From assembly GCA_002269645.1 (NCBI GenBank), contig NIVC01000576.1:169089-233088 (forward strand): a stretch of 64,000 nt of DNA. The letters run 5' to 3'. Made by a program: the position numbers and the translations under genes. Positions 59,151-64,000 of this stretch are shown in pieces; within the stretch, counting starts at the first letter, position 1, and each line of letters begins with the position of its first letter. The notes under the pieces are model-generated. The model worked only from the letters and a program-made list of their open reading frames with translations. It searched no databases and was not told the DNA's origin. This DNA comes from Macrostomum lignano (taxonomy: Eukaryota).

Positions 59151-62099
59151 GACATCTGATCGGTTTGTCGGGCCTTGGGCCACTGCCGTAATAAAATATA
59201 AAGTTCAGTCCGGCAGTTGGCGCTCGTCGTTCAGACATTTACAAGCGAGCATCTCTACCGAGGCCTGGCCTGTCCCAATGCGAAGCTCCCAATGGCCTTC
59301 CACGAATAAACGCACAAAGCAACTTGCACTTTATCCGGACAAATCTAATGTTGTTTTGATACAGCATTAGTCAACAAAGATGCAAAGATTGAAACAAGCC
59401 ACGACAGGTTTGCGCCAGCTGTAAAATCTAATAAACAGTCGCATTCACAGACAGGAAAAAAGAACAAGGAAGTTCAGGCAAAAATACTGTCCCTACTGTT
59501 TGTTTAAAAATTGGTCACCTCAATAGGCTGGCTCAGAGACCAGACACAACCATTCCAGTTGTAAAAATTCTGATTGAAATTCCTATTCAATTCGGGACAA
59601 ACGAAAAATTTGCTGGTGAAGAATTTATATAAACATTTTTGGAATAGAGAAAAGTAGAAAAAGTATTAAAAGTATTTTCCAGGCTTTTTATGCTAATATA
59701 ATAGAATCGTTGAGTGGCAGTGGACGGTGGTAGAGCAGCAACCCCTCCTACCTTTCCCAGCTCCTCTATCCGTCACTGTGAGTGTGACGCATTGAGAGCT
59801 CTCGGATGCTTAATATACACACTAGATGAAGGAAATGGTCCTTCGGGGAGGTGGGGGGGGGAGGCACTAATGGGGAGCGGCGTGGGAGTTATGGAAGAGG
59901 ATGGGAGGAAGTCCATGGGACCAAGTGGGATTCAGTATGATTCTTAGGGAAGAACTAAAGCGGTGGGAGTGGGAAGGGCGCATACACAAACAGAGAAGTT
60001 GTGCCCCCCCCCCGGTACTTATGCAGGCTATACGGACCGCCAATGGGGGTTTCAGAAAGAGCTGGTTCTGCTTGACTTTGTCCTATATAACTGTTGTTGG
60101 GGCAGCCCGGCAGCGGCAAGCAGGAGGAGGAGGGTTGGAGGGAGACACAGTAGACAGACAGACACAAAACGTATAATAGTTATTGGCGGGGACACGTTGA
60201 GGACGGAGGAACTATGGACTGCGGAGGGGGAGGGCCAAGGTTGGATTCAAGCCGCTTAGAGTGGGGTGGTGGGCATGCAAGGTATGGTTCCCCTTTTTGC
60301 AACCGGTTTTTTAGGGCAAATAAAGGGGAAGAAAGAGTCTTACCGACCATGCGCTTTGGCCCTCTTCCCTCTCCATGTTTTTGCTCCTTTATAAGCCTCG
60401 TATTTACCAATTCCCCCTCTTAATATAAGGCCCAATATATTATTATACTAGCCAACAAACTTCAAACCCAGTGGAAGAAGAGATTCATTTGCCGCTGTTG
60501 GCATTGGCATTGGCAGGCAGACAGGGCAAACGCCATTCTTCTGACTATTTCTCTTCGCAGGAGACGGCAGGCGCACGAACAACCACAGAACTACATAAGA
60601 GGCCAAGGCATTTCAAGCAGCCACTTCGCTGCGTGACTGCAGACCAGACATTCATATATATATAGATATATTAAGGGGAAAAACGCACTGCGGTGAAAGC
60701 AAAGAACTTCAGCTTCGTCGGAAATCTGCCGATTCCCAAGCCTCCGCCGCCGCGAGACACGACTGGAGCAATTCATTCTAGACAGGTAGGCTTGAGGCTA
60801 TGTAAACAGAATTGGTGACCTATGCAGTTTTTTTGTTGTGCAAATGTAACTTTTGTTTCCAGAGTTGTCAATATTATCATTTCGCGAATTCTCATTCATT
60901 CTTTCTTGTTTGGAGTCATCGCGACATCGCGTTGCGTTGGCGTTGAGCTCTCTCGTCTCTCGCCTCGAAAAGAGAAAAGGACTAACGGAAAGGGAAAGGC
61001 ACGCCTATTAAAGTTTCTAGGCTTTAGAAATATTCGTTATGCTGCTTTATATTAAAACGGTAAAGTAATATCGATAATAGCAAAACAGCAAAAGAGCTCG
61101 TTGTCTCTAGCTAGAGCTCAGACAACTATGCAATTTGGAGTGCGGGACTGCGGGAATTTCATTTCGTTGCTTCTGCACCTCTCAAAGCTATTACGAGTAA
61201 CTTTCTATGGTTAGACTTTCTCTCGTCTCTACTGTCTCTCTCTCCTTCTGTATCGATTTTTAGCCTATAATATATCTGCGTTGGTTTATCTATTTCTTCC
61301 CATGTTCATTGTTGCTTTATGAGCATGACACAATAAAGCAGTTACTGGTGGCGGTAGGACACAGGCCGAAAAAACACTTTTTGCACAATTTAACAGATAC
61401 AGATACTACTAAAAAGCTACGTTTATCATGTCGCGCAGAATTTCAAGTGCTTTTCAAAAGTTAGGTAAGCTATAGTATACATGTGTAAACTAAGATCATT
61501 TAGTGTACGCTCGTAAAATATTCTATCAGGCTGCAGACAGAGGGCTGTGTAACAAGCTGTAGTGCTGTAGTTAGCTAGCATCGTATCAAGTGAGGATTAT
61601 GATCCATAGCTGGTAGACAGTCTCTGCAGTCTGCACTGACAGACTTTGCACTGAATCAATATTCGTGGTCTCTTGGCCATAGACATTCTCAGCGGGCGGG
61701 CTTCCGCGTATTCCATATAGTTTACTAAAAGACACAAAATTGTGCCCTATCTATGGGAATCAGAAAGATATAGGTATCTATAGTCACCATGCACTTTTGT
61801 CTACCATGCCCATATCACCGTCATGATTTGTCAAAGTACGCAGACAGTTTTACCATAGACAAAATGGGTCCCCAATGCTTTGAACTTGAAAACGCGAAAT
61901 AGTCGCATTTGAAACTTTTCAGTAAAATTAGGAGGATGAGAGTAACGGTTCAGCTTGAACCTAAAGTGCTACGCGACAAATCAATTAATTAAACAGACTT
62001 CTGTCTTTTTTTTCTAATCCTAAATAGCTTCAGACTTATGATCGATTTCCTTCTTTTTCATACACAGAAACCAACAACAACTGTTGCGACTTCACTAGA

Positions 62100-64000
62100 A
62101 TGACGCACCGGAACGCTCTTTTGCGTCAAGCGACAATCGCGTGTCTGATGCTTCTGCTGCTCACTTGTGGAACTGATCAAAGTGCAGCTCTTGAGTCTGA
62201 AGAAAGCGTCTCGTCACCAGGTAACTAATACTTTATTTTTGAAAATTGTTTTTTATCAATAATCGTGGCTCAGTTTAGACTAGCATCCAAGTGTGTCAAG
62301 GCCGAGTCTGACACACGACACAAAAAGACGACAGAAAATTTAGTTGATTAAATAACACGGAATGGTTAGTTAGACTTAAACATCGATCTAACATCCCTAG
62401 CTCCTCTGACCCTCGTCTCATCTAGCTTAACTCTAGCGTATATCTGTCTGGCTTCTTGAGCGCGTTCCCCTGTCCGAAGAGTTGATCAAATCATTCGCAT
62501 AATCTGTGCTTAAATCGATCCCTTGAGAGTGAAGCCCATGATCGGGCTAACTTTATAATCCGACTCTTCAGCAACTACTTTCCTCTTTTTTCCGTCCGCT
62601 AACTGCTTCTCTACTTCAATGTGGCCTCCCTTTGCGTCTCGTCGATTCCTGGCGACGAGTTTAAGACAACAACAATGAAGCCTAGTGATTTGCTTTCTAA
62701 CAGTGCTTCGACCACAACTTTTGCAGAACCAATTGCTCCCGAGATGACGACAGAGACACCAAAGACGGAACCAACGACTATAAGCAAAGCGACTGTTGCC
62801 GATAGTACTCGTAAAGCAGAACCGCCCCTCAAAACGGAAGCTACTACAACAACTGGGGCACCTAGAACCACAACAACAACAACTGATGCAACCACAACTA
62901 CGACACCAACAACAACTGAGGCACCAACAACAACAACAACTGATGCAACCACAACTACGACACCAACAACAACAACAACAGCAACAACAACTGAGGCACC
63001 AACAACTACGACAACAACAACAACTGAGGCACCAACAACTACAAAAACAACAACAACTGAGGCACCAACAACTACAACAACAACTGAGGCACCAACAACT
63101 ACAACAACAACTGAGGCACCAACAACTACAACAACAACTGAGGCACCAACAACTACAACAACAACTGAGGCACCAACAACTACAACAACAACTGAGGCAC
63201 CAACAACTACAACAAAAACAACTGAGGCACCAACAACTACGACAACAACAACTGAGGCACCAACAACTACGATAACAACAACTGAGGCACTAACAACTAC
63301 GACAACAACAACAACAACAACTGAGGCACCAACAACTACTACTACAACAATTGAGGCACAAACCACTACAAAGACAACTGAGGAACCAACAACCAAAACA
63401 ATAACTACTACCGAGGCGCCAACAACTGTAGCAACTGAAAAACCAACAACTACAACAATTACTACTACCGAGGCACCTACAGAAACAACAACAAAAACAA
63501 CTGAGGCAACAAAAACTACAACAACTGAAGCACCAACAACTGCGGCACCAACAACAGTAACTGAGACGCTAACAACAACAAAGGCCGCATTGATTACAAC
63601 AGAAGGTAAAACAACAACGGAGGGATCAAAATGGATCAAAGTCAACTGAGATGCCTGCAACGAAGATTCAATCAACAACATCTATAAAAACTTCTCTTGA
63701 AGCAACAACAACGTTGGAAGTGAAAACTCGTACAACAGAATCACCAGCCGCGACCACCACCAAACTTAAACCGGCATCAACAACTCAGTCTACTACAGCT
63801 ACTAAGAAGCTAACAACAGCCGAAGTTCAGGCTACAACAAAGCCTGTAAGAGCCGGCGGTTCAGGGAGGGCAGATCCAGCAACAATAAAGATTACAACTA
63901 CTGCAGCCACCACCAAGGCAGTAGCTGAAGCGATCGAACCAGGTAATTCATCAACTGTCGATTTTAACGCCACAGCGCCAACAGAAGGAGTCGACGGCCT
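62100..64000 (+). CDS. Thr-rich mucin-like protein (TTTEAP repeats), runs off the window; frameshift near 63632
   Basis: Signal exon 62100-62220 (MTHRNALLRQATIACLMLLLLTCG, CAG|gtaact, phase 1); phase-1 acceptor ttttgcag at 62726; Thr-rich coding continues in another frame after 63633. Confidence 0.72.

Overview
Repeat-rich animal genomic DNA, not prokaryotic. Spliceosomal introns and minisatellite-filled introns are consistent with a Macrostomum-like flatworm, but that taxon is an inference. Left to right: (1) two coding exons of an adenylate cyclase 9 gene (minus strand). (2) About 14 kb of AT-rich DNA, possibly its first intron, holding an intact RTE-clade retrotransposon (13-bp TSD, candidate HDV-like ribozyme core at its 5' end), a 5'-truncated LINE, an eroded SINE and a small hAT-like MITE family. 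(3) A THAP-domain exon whose candidate donor is phase-compatible with the single large exon of a GATAD2/p66 gene. (4) A three-exon membrane mucin. (5) An 18-exon minus-strand gene (29641-56296, about 1185 codons, all phases consistent) for a divergent TBC-fold plus C2-like protein. Fifteen of its 17 introns carry their own tandem array, and one intron hosts an antisense intronless C-type-lectin/PAN-like gene. (6) The start of a second mucin with a frameshifting 10-bp duplication. Most long ORFs in the supplied track are translation artefacts of tandem repeats. All assignments were made by eye; no searches were run.
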